Origin: a virus | Lineage: Duplodnaviria; Caudoviricetes | Virus record (IMG/VR): IMGVR_UViG_3300005286_000035 | Span: 1-50,256 of that record | Strand: one strand, 5' to 3' | DNA length: 50,256 nucleotides | Shown: positions 1 through 6,864 of the stretch, piece by piece | Layout of the letters: every line of letters starts with the position of its first letter | Position numbering within the stretch: the first letter of the stretch is position 1 | The notes under the pieces: generated by a model | What the model saw: only the letters and a program-made list of their open reading frames with translations | What the model was told of the DNA's origin: nothing | Database searches by the model: none | Position numbers and translations under genes: made by a program

Positions 1-50
1 AGGGGGCGCTGGTTTAAAAAAACCGTGTATACCTATTAATTTTTTTTTTT
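1..50. repeat. Terminal direct repeat, left copy (circular assembly overlap)
   Basis: Bases 1-50 are identical to 50207-50256. This indicates a circular or terminally redundant complete contig and may only be the assembler overlap. Confidence 0.95.
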
Positions 51-390
51 ATATACTATATAGGGCCCTTTATGCGGTAGTCATAACATAACATTATCCT
101 GTGGTATACACCACCCCAAAAGCTAGGCGCGGGCAGGCCATCCATCCCATCCTCCCAGAGAGCATGTGCGTCGGCATGGGTGCGTGCGCCATGATGCGAA
201 GGGCTTGCGATAAGGGTGGGAGACCTGGCATCCAGCGCCCAGCTCGGGCGGTCGGCAGCACGGCTTGCCGTGCATGGCGCGGGGATGCGCGGGCGTGCGC
301 CCCTGCGGGTGCACGTATCACAGCTTGCATCGCCAATGCCGGCATCGCGGGGCGATGCTGACTGGGCGTGGGGTACGTGCCAGGTGAACA

Positions 391-414
391 TTGCCGCGCG
401 GGATAGCATATAAT
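391..414 (+). promoter_or_regulatory. Repeated 24-bp putative early promoter/operator motif, copy 1
   Basis: TTGCCGCGCGGGATAGCATATAAT matches 49206-49229 at 21/24. It ends in TATAAT and lies ~80 bp upstream of the first early ORF. Confidence 0.55.
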
Positions 415-491
415 AGGCGGTGGTGAGGATGTTGGGATAAAGCTGGCGAGGTGCCAGCTCGCCGACGAGCTTGCCACCGCGAGAACATGTC

Positions 492-737
492 ATGAGTGAG
501 GTATACATACACAAGCGCCCAGCTCGACCGAAGCCCAGCAAGCGTGAACGGATGTTGCGAGAGATTGCTAAGACCATCCGGGCACAGATGGAACACGACA
601 TCGCGCGAGGGACGCTCGAGTCGGAGCAGTTCTATCGGGTGTATTACGGGAAACAGCTAGCGTTCATTCGTGGTGAGATCTACGATGAGCGGGTGGTGTA
701 TAACCACCGGCTGAAAATGAAAGCCATACGCGTATGA
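492..737 (+). CDS. Hypothetical early protein (~81 aa)
   Basis: ORF 471-737 with a likely ATG at 492 (MSEVYIHK). ATGA overlap with the next gene. Confidence 0.7.
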   Translation: MSEVYIHKRPARPKPSKRERMLREIAKTIRAQMEHDIARGTLESEQFYRVYYGKQLAFIRGEIYDERVVYNHRLKMKAIRV

Positions 738-970
738 CACACGAAGCTGAGTGGTTCATAGTCACGGCGACGGTTGGTGAGCATAAGCTCGCGGTGGCGT
801 TTCACAGGCAGGATGTGCCACCGACCAATCTCGGGATGATTTACCAAGTGTACAAACGCGCCGAGCAGCTTGGACTGTATGGTGAGTCGTCCGTGGGATA
901 CATCGACGAGGCGCGGGTGCATAGCACCACAATCAAAACCATAAAGGAGTTTAGTCATGTCGGCAGTTAA
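734..970 (+). CDS. Hypothetical protein (78 aa)
   Basis: ATGA-coupled to the upstream ORF and overlaps the next ORF; globular composition. Confidence 0.7.
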   Translation: MTHEAEWFIVTATVGEHKLAVAFHRQDVPPTNLGMIYQVYKRAEQLGLYGESSVGYIDEARVHSTTIKTIKEFSHVGS

Positions 971-1640
971 AGTCTTCGACCCGGAGCAGCATCCGCTGCA
1001 CCGCAAGCGCAAGATCATCCTCTACGCCCTGGCGTTGCTGGAGAGGTTGGGTCTGCCGGTGGCGGCTACACGGGAGCGGTATGACCAGCTCTACGACGAC
1101 CTCTTTCGGTTGCCCACGGAGCAGGACGCACGCTTCCCGCTGACGCCAGCGTCCAGCATCGAGGACCACATCAACGGTCAGTCACGTGAGGAACTCTCAT
1201 GCGCGCTGGTGTCTGGGAGGAAATACTCCCTCACCCCAGGGCAGCGTGCCATCCTCCGTGAGTGGTACGGCCTGACGCCGACACAACTGGTCGTTGTTGA
1301 ACGCATGGAGATGTTCCCACACCACCCAAACCTCATTCGCATGGTGGTGCTACGTAGTGATGTACACATCACCGAAGATCAGCGCAAGCACGTGCTGATA
1401 CACGCGACGATTGACTCCTGGGGGAAGTTCATGGACGCGTCGATCACCAAGGGGCATGAACTCAAAGAGATCGCCAAGGCCAAGTACGAAGCAGCCTACC
1501 GCGCCAAGTGCAAAGCGGAAGGGAAGGAATACCTCCCACCCGACGAACGTGCGGCGCTGCGTGCGGCCAGCGCGGGCAAGACCCGCAAGCCAGCGGGGCC
1601 GACGAAGACCCACGAGGAACTGATGGCTGAGTACGACTAA
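957..1640 (+). CDS. Hypothetical protein (227 aa) with basic C-terminal region ending EYD
   Basis: Long ORF with AAGGAG upstream, in a tightly packed operon. Confidence 0.85.
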   Translation: MSAVKVFDPEQHPLHRKRKIILYALALLERLGLPVAATRERYDQLYDDLFRLPTEQDARFPLTPASSIEDHINGQSREELSCALVSGRKYSLTPGQRAILREWYGLTPTQLVVVERMEMFPHHPNLIRMVVLRSDVHITEDQRKHVLIHATIDSWGKFMDASITKGHELKEIAKAKYEAAYRAKCKAEGKEYLPPDERAALRAASAGKTRKPAGPTKTHEELMAEYD

Positions 1641-1641
1641 C

Positions 1642-2013
1642 ATGAATACCAACACAACAAACTCACAAGACGAGCAGATCAGGGCTGCGGTAAACAGCAG
1701 CCACATCGCAAACCTGGTCGAGATAATCAACGACCTAGACTCGCAGATCGACGACCTAAACTTGCGGATCACACGCTGGAAGGAAGCGTCCGGCTGCTCT
1801 GATCCTGAAGACCTAAAACTGCGCAAGCAGGTTAAACTAAACCAAGAACTCGTCGACCTACGTCGTCGGGTGGGTATATACGAAGACATCCTGAACCAAC
1901 TTGCTAATTGGCCTGATGGTGATGACTTCAGCGGTATGGATGAACCAGGAGCTGCACAAGCAGCACGTTCCGCACTGAACGAAGCGCGGAACGAATCGAC
2001 CAGCAACGATTAA
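1642..2013 (+). CDS. Hypothetical coiled-coil protein (123 aa)
   Basis: Starts 1 nt after the upstream stop; heptad-like segments. Confidence 0.8.
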   Translation: MNTNTTNSQDEQIRAAVNSSHIANLVEIINDLDSQIDDLNLRITRWKEASGCSDPEDLKLRKQVKLNQELVDLRRRVGIYEDILNQLANWPDGDDFSGMDEPGAAQAARSALNEARNESTSND

Positions 2014-2032
2014 CTAACGACGCCGACACCTC

Positions 2033-2068
2033 GGGCGCTGATGGGCCGCGTGCTCGTCAGCGCCCTTT
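2033..2068 (+). terminator. Terminator-like hairpin
   Basis: GGGCGCTGATGGGC-loop-GCTCGTCAGCGCCC followed by TTT, just after the 1642-2013 stop. The U tract is short. Confidence 0.5.
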
Positions 2069-2126
2069 GCTGTTTACGTCAAACAGCGTGGCAATCCCGC
2101 CACCTAGCAACTAACTCCCATACAAC

Positions 2127-2507
2127 ATGTCACACATGAAGTTCTCAAGCGCCAGTCTGTTCCCCCTGTCCGACCCGGACAGCGAAGCCAAGACCCTCGA
2201 CGAGGCCCGCCGGGCATTGGTCACCGCCCACTCAGTTCTCGCCTGCACCGACGAGAAGACTGCCAAGTCCATGATCGACAACCTGATCGAGGTCGACACC
2301 GGGTTCGCCATGCGTGTCATCATGACCCGTGCGCTGGCAACCGCCTGCCCGGAACAATTCACCGAGTCCATGGAACGTTCCTTATTCGACCTGGGCCTCT
2401 TACTCCTGCGCCGGGCACCGTACTCCACCGACGCCAAGGTCTCCGCGGTGACGGACGTCCTCCTGCGTGACCGACCTGACTACAACACCTCAAAGTTCAT
2501 CCAGTAA
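2127..2507 (+). CDS. Hypothetical protein (126 aa)
   Basis: ORF with the C-ending codon bias typical of this arm and a CA-rich leader. Confidence 0.8.
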   Translation: MSHMKFSSASLFPLSDPDSEAKTLDEARRALVTAHSVLACTDEKTAKSMIDNLIEVDTGFAMRVIMTRALATACPEQFTESMERSLFDLGLLLLRRAPYSTDAKVSAVTDVLLRDRPDYNTSKFIQ

Positions 2508-2512
2508 ATCAC

Positions 2513-2833
2513 ATGGCCATCTACTGTGTAACCTTCGGTCAACGCTTCCGCCACGACCTTCACCCATTCTTCGGCAAGTGCCCACGCCTGCCGGAATCCT
2601 ACGTCGAAGTCATCGCGGACGACTACGTCACCGCGGTCGACATGACCCAAGACCTCCTGTCTTACAACTACTCCATGGTCTACTCTCTCGATGACTTCCA
2701 CGACGACCTATTCCCCTGCGGTCCCATCGGCGCGATCACCCGCGAGAACAACGCCCTAACCTACACCCCCAACACCACTTGGGCCGAGAAGTATGCATCA
2801 CCAACCGATCCCGACTCCCATGAAGAACTTTAA
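2513..2833 (+). CDS. Hypothetical phage protein (106 aa)
   Basis: N-terminal YCVTFGQ...HP...YVEV pattern resembles small phage proteins; operon context. Confidence 0.8.
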   Translation: MAIYCVTFGQRFRHDLHPFFGKCPRLPESYVEVIADDYVTAVDMTQDLLSYNYSMVYSLDDFHDDLFPCGPIGAITRENNALTYTPNTTWAEKYASPTDPDSHEEL

Positions 2834-3017
2834 GAGAGTGACCATCCTCGCTGTGGGCGTGTACCTCCTCCTCGCGGCGTTGTATGCACGTTGGGGGCGG
2901 CATGACATCTCCACCGGCTTTGCGTTGCTTGCGTTGGTGTGCCTCGCGGTACACTGGGCGGTGGCCCGGAAGACGGATGCACCGGTCGATATGCATGATG
3001 ATGGGAGGTATTACTGA
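2820..3017 (+). CDS. Small membrane protein (2 predicted TM helices)
   Basis: MKNFKRVTILAVGVYLLLAALY...GFALLALVCLAVHW; ATG at 2820. Confidence 0.65.
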   Translation: MKNFKRVTILAVGVYLLLAALYARWGRHDISTGFALLALVCLAVHWAVARKTDAPVDMHDDGRYY

Positions 3018-3523
3018 TGAGTGCGCCATTACCGGGTGAGCACTATTGTGCAGCTCACCAAGGGAATCATTCCCATTATGACTCGCACAACTGCAAGGTG
3101 TGCCAGCTCCTGACACGGATCATAGAGCTGAATGATCGTATCGCCCAGCTCGGGGTTGAGAATGACCTCCTACGCAAGAAACTCCTTACCCCACGTACCA
3201 TGACCCCCGAAGCCAAACGCATCGCGATCGCTAAGGCGTGTGGGTGGACTGCAATACAGGAATCCGACTACAAGCCTTTCGGAGAGGCTCAACTTGTCGG
3301 GTACAGTCCTAAAGGTGGTGAGAATCTACAGAACGTTCCCGACTACCTCAACGACCTGAACGCCATGCACGAAGCGGAGAATTACGCTCTTACCAAACTA
3401 GGTCTGGACGTTATTCCACAATTACGTAAAGTTGCAGGCGAACGTAATGGTTATTGTGCCACCGCCGAGCAGCGTGCCGAAGCGCTCCTGCATACCTTGG
3501 GTGAACAGGAGGACGGGTCATGA
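3017..3523 (+). CDS. Protein with His/Cys-rich N-terminus and phage ABA-sandwich-like C-terminal domain
   Basis: HYCAAHQGNHSHYDSHNCKVC, then RIAIAKACGW...VPDYLNDLNAMHEAE...ATAEQRAEA, which resembles the ABA sandwich (BC1872-like) family. Confidence 0.65.
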   Translation: MSAPLPGEHYCAAHQGNHSHYDSHNCKVCQLLTRIIELNDRIAQLGVENDLLRKKLLTPRTMTPEAKRIAIAKACGWTAIQESDYKPFGEAQLVGYSPKGGENLQNVPDYLNDLNAMHEAENYALTKLGLDVIPQLRKVAGERNGYCATAEQRAEALLHTLGEQEDGS

Positions 3524-3801
3524 CACCTACACCACCCGACGACGGCGGCCCGGCGTTCCCGGTGCCAGTTCTGGCTGACAAAGACGGAACCTTTATCAGC
3601 ACCCATCAATGGGCTGGGTACATGGAATCCGGAGGCGGTGGTATGACCCTGCGTGATTGGTTCGCCGGGCAGGCACTGGCGGGACTGTGTTCCCGTAACC
3701 TCGGCCACACCCACGTGGACAATTGCCATGGTACGGCAGCGCGGGCATACGTCATCGCCGACGCCATGCTGGAGGCACGCAACCGCCCTCACCGCCCGTG
3801 A
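3520..3801 (+). CDS. Conserved phage hypothetical protein (GGPAFP...GMTLRDWFAGQAL family)
   Basis: Carries the DDGGPAFP, GMTLRDWFAGQALAG and AYVIADAML motifs common in phage early regions. Confidence 0.85.
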   Translation: MTPTPPDDGGPAFPVPVLADKDGTFISTHQWAGYMESGGGGMTLRDWFAGQALAGLCSRNLGHTHVDNCHGTAARAYVIADAMLEARNRPHRP

Positions 3802-3806
3802 AGCTT

Positions 3807-3915
3807 GCCGCGCCTAATAGCATCCCATGCGAAGGGGAGGCGCTCACCTCCCCAGCCCGGAATAACGGTGAAGTGGCCGGGCACATTACCACATCACCAG
3901 GCGACGCAGCGCGGC
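3807..3915 (+). ncRNA. Putative multibranch structured RNA / leader
   Basis: Closing stem GCCGCGC/GCGCGGC encloses the hairpins GGGGAGG/CCTCCCC and GCCCGG/CCGGGC in an intergenic gap. Confidence 0.4.
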
Positions 3916-3946
3916 CTTTAACTCGCGCAGCAAACTCACACATCAC

Positions 3947-4579
3947 ATGAAAGAGACCAACATCAACTCGCTCGGGTTCGAACTCAAGGCTCAGGTGCCG
4001 GATTCCGTTGAGGAATACGACAACCTGGCCAAGAAGCAGGGCGCGTGCTTGGAGTCCGCCGTCAACAACGTTCTGTACCGGTCCGTCCTCGCGGACTTCC
4101 GGGCGCAGTTCTGTGAAGCGGTGGAGAACAACACCGGCATCAAGCGTGCCACCGAGCCGACGGGTCGTAAGTCGAAGAATGAAGACGGCACCGAAGAAGA
4201 CATCCTCCGTTTCACCGAAACCGAGGCCGTCTACTTCAAGCGCGTCTGCGCTGAGCTGGTGAGCAACGGCACCCACACCTCCGTGGAAGCCGCTGCCGCG
4301 TCCTTCGCGTCCCTCGCGCAGGGTATCATCTCCAACATCGTCTTCGACCCGTCCGAGCGGGAGCGTCAGCCGTCGCAGCCGAAGTCGGTTGCGAAGAAGT
4401 ACCTCAACATCGCCCAGGAATGGGTGGATGCTGGCCAGACCGAGCGCCGTGTCGAACAGATGCGCGCCAAGCTGGGCGACACGTGGAAGGTCGAAGGCAC
4501 GGTCGAGTCGCTGGCGCGAGCCATCGCCGAAGACCAGCGCCGCAAGGCCGCCGCGGTCAAGTCGGAGTACGACGTCTGA
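3947..4579 (+). CDS. Hypothetical protein (210 aa), ends SEYDV
   Basis: Long ORF with strong codon bias and a CA-rich leader. Confidence 0.9.
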   Translation: MKETNINSLGFELKAQVPDSVEEYDNLAKKQGACLESAVNNVLYRSVLADFRAQFCEAVENNTGIKRATEPTGRKSKNEDGTEEDILRFTETEAVYFKRVCAELVSNGTHTSVEAAAASFASLAQGIISNIVFDPSERERQPSQPKSVAKKYLNIAQEWVDAGQTERRVEQMRAKLGDTWKVEGTVESLARAIAEDQRRKAAAVKSEYDV

Positions 4580-4620
4580 CCCAACCCCGCAAGCTGAACC
4601 CCTTTCGGTCCAGCTTCAGC

Positions 4621-4665
4621 GGTCTCATCGGGGCCTTCTGACATCAGGAGGCCCCTCTTGAGACC
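4621..4665 (+). other. Long interrupted hairpin (RNase III-site-like or terminator-like)
   Basis: GGTCTCA-TC-GGGGCCTTCTGA-CA-TCAGGAGGCCCC-TCT-TGAGACC in the intergenic gap. Confidence 0.5.
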
Positions 4666-4706
4666 ACTAACGGTCTCGTTTCAACAACAACTAAGTCCAT
4701 ACACAC

Positions 4707-5192
4707 ATGAAGCCCTGCGAAGTTAAGTTCCCCCTGCCGACCCTGACCGACGCCGAGATGACCAAGGTCGTCGACGACGTGGTAGCCAGTAAGGTCATCC
4801 TCGACTCATTCATCCCCGACTACATCTTCCCGATGGTTGGTCGCAGCGCCTTCGGCGTTGACCACTTCCCGCAAGAAGCCCAGGAGTTCCTCGAAGACTC
4901 GCCGCCGACCAACAGCGATACCTTCCCGTTAGGTGCCGCGATGATCTACGTCGACTCCGTCGAGGAGTTCCTCACTGGTATGATCCCCGTTGCCAGCCCG
5001 GACAGCAACTGCGTCTTCCTGAACGGCCCTGACAACGTCCGTTTCCGTGATGCCCTCAAGGCCCGGCGTGACGCGGCTGTCGGCGCTGACGCCACCGACG
5101 AGGCCAAGCAGGAGTACTACAACACTCTCACCGGCCAACTGAGAAAGAACATCGAAGCCCGTAGAGCTGCCCTCACCGCGGCCACCGCCTAG
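4707..5192 (+). CDS. Hypothetical protein (161 aa)
   Basis: ORF with strong codon bias and a CA-rich leader. Confidence 0.85.
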   Translation: MKPCEVKFPLPTLTDAEMTKVVDDVVASKVILDSFIPDYIFPMVGRSAFGVDHFPQEAQEFLEDSPPTNSDTFPLGAAMIYVDSVEEFLTGMIPVASPDSNCVFLNGPDNVRFRDALKARRDAAVGADATDEAKQEYYNTLTGQLRKNIEARRAALTAATA

Positions 5193-5327
5193 TACCACCT
5201 CATCGAGGCCATGTCTCGTGGCCTCCATTGAGCTGGTTCGGGTTGCGTTTAGCCATGACACCCTTACCTCTCCGCCGGTGGTTTCAGTGACATGTTCCCA
5301 CCGGCGTCATTCTTTCTCAACACTTGG

Positions 5328-5351
5328 GTGGGTTCGAATCCCACTTCTCGC
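5328..5351 (+). pseudogene. Orphan tRNA 3' fragment (T-arm plus acceptor 3' strand)
   Basis: GTGGG-TTCGAAT-CCCAC is a canonical T-arm, followed by TTCTCGC. I see no complementary 5' acceptor strand upstream. Confidence 0.5.
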
Positions 5352-5422
5352 TGACATACCGAGCGACAACCCGGTGGGTGGTGCCCACGGTGCGGGGAGC
5401 GCATCCCGCAGTATGTCACCCA
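5352..5422 (+). ncRNA. tRNA-like structured RNA, unit A (71 nt, ends C-CCA)
   Basis: TGACATAC (5352-59) pairs with GTATGTCA (5411-18), then C+CCA, then CTTT. Internal hairpins are CCGGTGGG/CCCACGG and TGCGGG-GAGCGCAT-CCCGCA. Confidence 0.6.
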
Positions 5423-5425
5423 CTT

Positions 5426-5507
5426 TGGAGGAAGACCGGCCTAGCGCCCCGGACAACAGCGTGAGTTGTTGGTGTAAGCTGGTATCACGAAACCAAGCAC
5501 GCCTCCA
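5426..5507 (+). ncRNA. Structured RNA, unit B (cloverleaf-like)
   Basis: TGGAG/CTCCA closing stem with the hairpins CCGG/CCGG, CAACAGC-GTGA-GTTGTTG (GNRA loop) and GCTGGT...ACCAAGC. Followed by CAGCTTT. Confidence 0.45.
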
Positions 5508-5534
5508 CAGCTTTGCGGCACCTACGCCCGCAAA

Positions 5535-5595
5535 CTCACAGCATGGGACACTCTGGATCGTCTGACCTTGGTTGGAAGCCTGTGCTGTGAGCCCA
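5535..5595 (+). ncRNA. tRNA-like structured RNA, unit C (61 nt, ends C-CCA)
   Basis: 13-bp stem CTCACAGCATGGG/CCTGTGCTGTGAG (2 G-U pairs), then C+CCA, then CTTT. Confidence 0.6.
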
Positions 5596-5599
5596 CTTT

Positions 5600-5694
5600 C
5601 CCACCACCCGCATGGTAAAACTGCCCGAACGGAAACGGCATACATTCGGCATGTGTGTATGTATGGACGCGCAGAGCCTCGGGTGGTGGGACCA
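5600..5694 (+). ncRNA. tRNA-like structured RNA, unit D (95 nt, ends A-CCA)
   Basis: Perfect 11-bp stem CCCACCACCCG/CGGGTGGTGGG, then A+CCA, then CTTT. Possible internal pairings TGCC/GGCA or CATACAT/ATGTATG. Confidence 0.6.
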
Positions 5695-5701
5695 CTTTCC
5701 C

Positions 5702-5902
5702 ATGAAACAACGATTTGTCGGATTCCGTTACAGTACAAAACACGAGAACCCAGTCTACATCGACGTGGACAACATCATCGCGGTTGTATACCACGATGAC
5801 GACCACAGTCTTGTCTACGTCCACAGCGTTCCAAATGCGTTCCTCATCCTCGGCACCCCCGATGACATCCTCGCCGCCATCGCAGCCGCGACCAAGGTCT
5901 GA
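5702..5902 (+). CDS. Small beta-rich protein, FlbD-like pattern (66 aa)
   Basis: ATG at 5702; PVYIDVDNIIAV...LILGTPDDILAAI resembles FlbD-type small domains. Confidence 0.65.
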   Translation: MKQRFVGFRYSTKHENPVYIDVDNIIAVVYHDDDHSLVYVHSVPNAFLILGTPDDILAAIAAATKV

Positions 5903-5904
5903 CC

Positions 5905-6066
5905 ATGATCCTGACCGTCCTCCTCTGGTTCTACCTGGTCGTCAACGTCCTCGGCGCCGTCATTGCCCCCATCGCCACCGAACGCAAATACCGTGACCTC
6001 CTCGTCTTCTTCCACGTCCTCGGCGCTCTCATCGCAGCTGGTGCTCTCTACCTCCTCCATTCCTGA
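5905..6066 (+). CDS. Small membrane protein (53 aa, 2 TM); not in the ORF track
   Basis: Read by hand: MILTVLLWFYLVVNVLGAVIAPIATERKYRDLLVFFHVLGALIAAGALYLLHS*. Confidence 0.7.
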   Translation: MILTVLLWFYLVVNVLGAVIAPIATERKYRDLLVFFHVLGALIAAGALYLLHS

Positions 6067-6240
6067 CGCGCCCTTCGACCCCAGACGCGAGTTCGAAATC
6101 CTCGAACGCTGGACTCTCGAGCCACGGCCCATGGCGCTCGTTCACCTCTACATCGAAGCCAAACGCCGAGGCTGGACCGTCACCAAGCGTGACTCAATGC
6201 AATTCCACGAAACCCTCTGGCGCTTCATCCCACCACTTCC

Positions 6241-6328
6241 CCCACACCCATCGTCGAACCACCAACAGCCTGTAGGCTACACCGCTGGGACCGAAGGTTC
6301 CCTCAGGTCGACCGTGGGTGTGGGACCA
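6241..6328 (+). ncRNA. tRNA-like structured RNA, unit E (88 nt, ends A-CCA)
   Basis: CCCACACCCAT/GTGGGTGTGGG stem extended by GTCGA/TCGAC, with internal hairpins AGCC/GGCT and GGGA/TCCC, then A+CCA, then CTCT. Same GGGACCACT end as unit D. It overlaps the 3' part of ORF 5963-6343. Confidence 0.55.
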
Positions 6329-6339
6329 CTCTCCTCCAT

Positions 6340-6864
6340 ATGAACCATCCAAACCCAAGCGGGACTCCGCTACCTATCATCCACGACGACATCGGACCGT
6401 TCCTCAACATTCCCACCCCACCGGAATGGCCAATGTGTCCCCTGGTCCACAAGACCTTGATGCAGTTCTCCCAATACGAACGCGCCCTCGAGAACGCCCG
6501 TTCTCAACTGCGCCTCTGGATGTGCGACCCCATCATCTACTCCCACACCACCCGCTACGTCAACTACGCCACCTACTTCGTCTTCTCCGTCGGCGGTATT
6601 CCACCCCTCGTCGGCCTGACCTGGCCCCGAGACCTCGTCGAACTCGTCCTCGCTTTCACCATCCGTCACCGCGGCGAAACAACCATCCCCGACCTCCGTG
6701 CTGAGTGCAACATGTTCCCACACCTCAAGCCCGGCAGCGACTACTTCATCCACATCGGAGCCATCGACTTCCGCATCGAGTGCCAAGGCAAGGATGACCA
6801 CTACTCCACCTTCTTCGAGCGGTGTGTATCGCTAGCTGATACATACTGGCCAGCCCATGACTGA
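6340..6864 (+). CDS. Hypothetical protein (174 aa)
   Basis: ORF with arm-typical codon bias; overlaps the next gene. Confidence 0.8.
   Translation: MNHPNPSGTPLPIIHDDIGPFLNIPTPPEWPMCPLVHKTLMQFSQYERALENARSQLRLWMCDPIIYSHTTRYVNYATYFVFSVGGIPPLVGLTWPRDLVELVLAFTIRHRGETTIPDLRAECNMFPHLKPGSDYFIHIGAIDFRIECQGKDDHYSTFFERCVSLADTYWPAHD

Noticed and set aside
1-50. 50-bp terminal repeat as a biological direct terminal repeat
   Set aside because: A round length ending in a homopolymer is what assembler circular overlap produces; it cannot be called a physical end without reads.
5192-5700. Canonical tRNA genes or a CRISPR array
   Set aside because: No unit has complete D, anticodon and T arms. The recurring CCACTTT is only 7 nt with irregular spacing, so it is not a CRISPR repeat.
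5218-5824. ORFs 5218-5565, 5307-5738, 5522-5824, 5572-5799 and the 5612 start
   Set aside because: Atypical composition and overlap with dense RNA structure; only the ATG at 5702 gives a plausible protein.
5963-6343. 126-aa ORF as annotated in the track
   Set aside because: Its Ser-rich N-terminus is a shadow of the 5905-6066 membrane gene. A shorter product from ~6059 (ATT) or 6131 (ATG) is possible, but the start is unsupported, so it is not listed as a feature.
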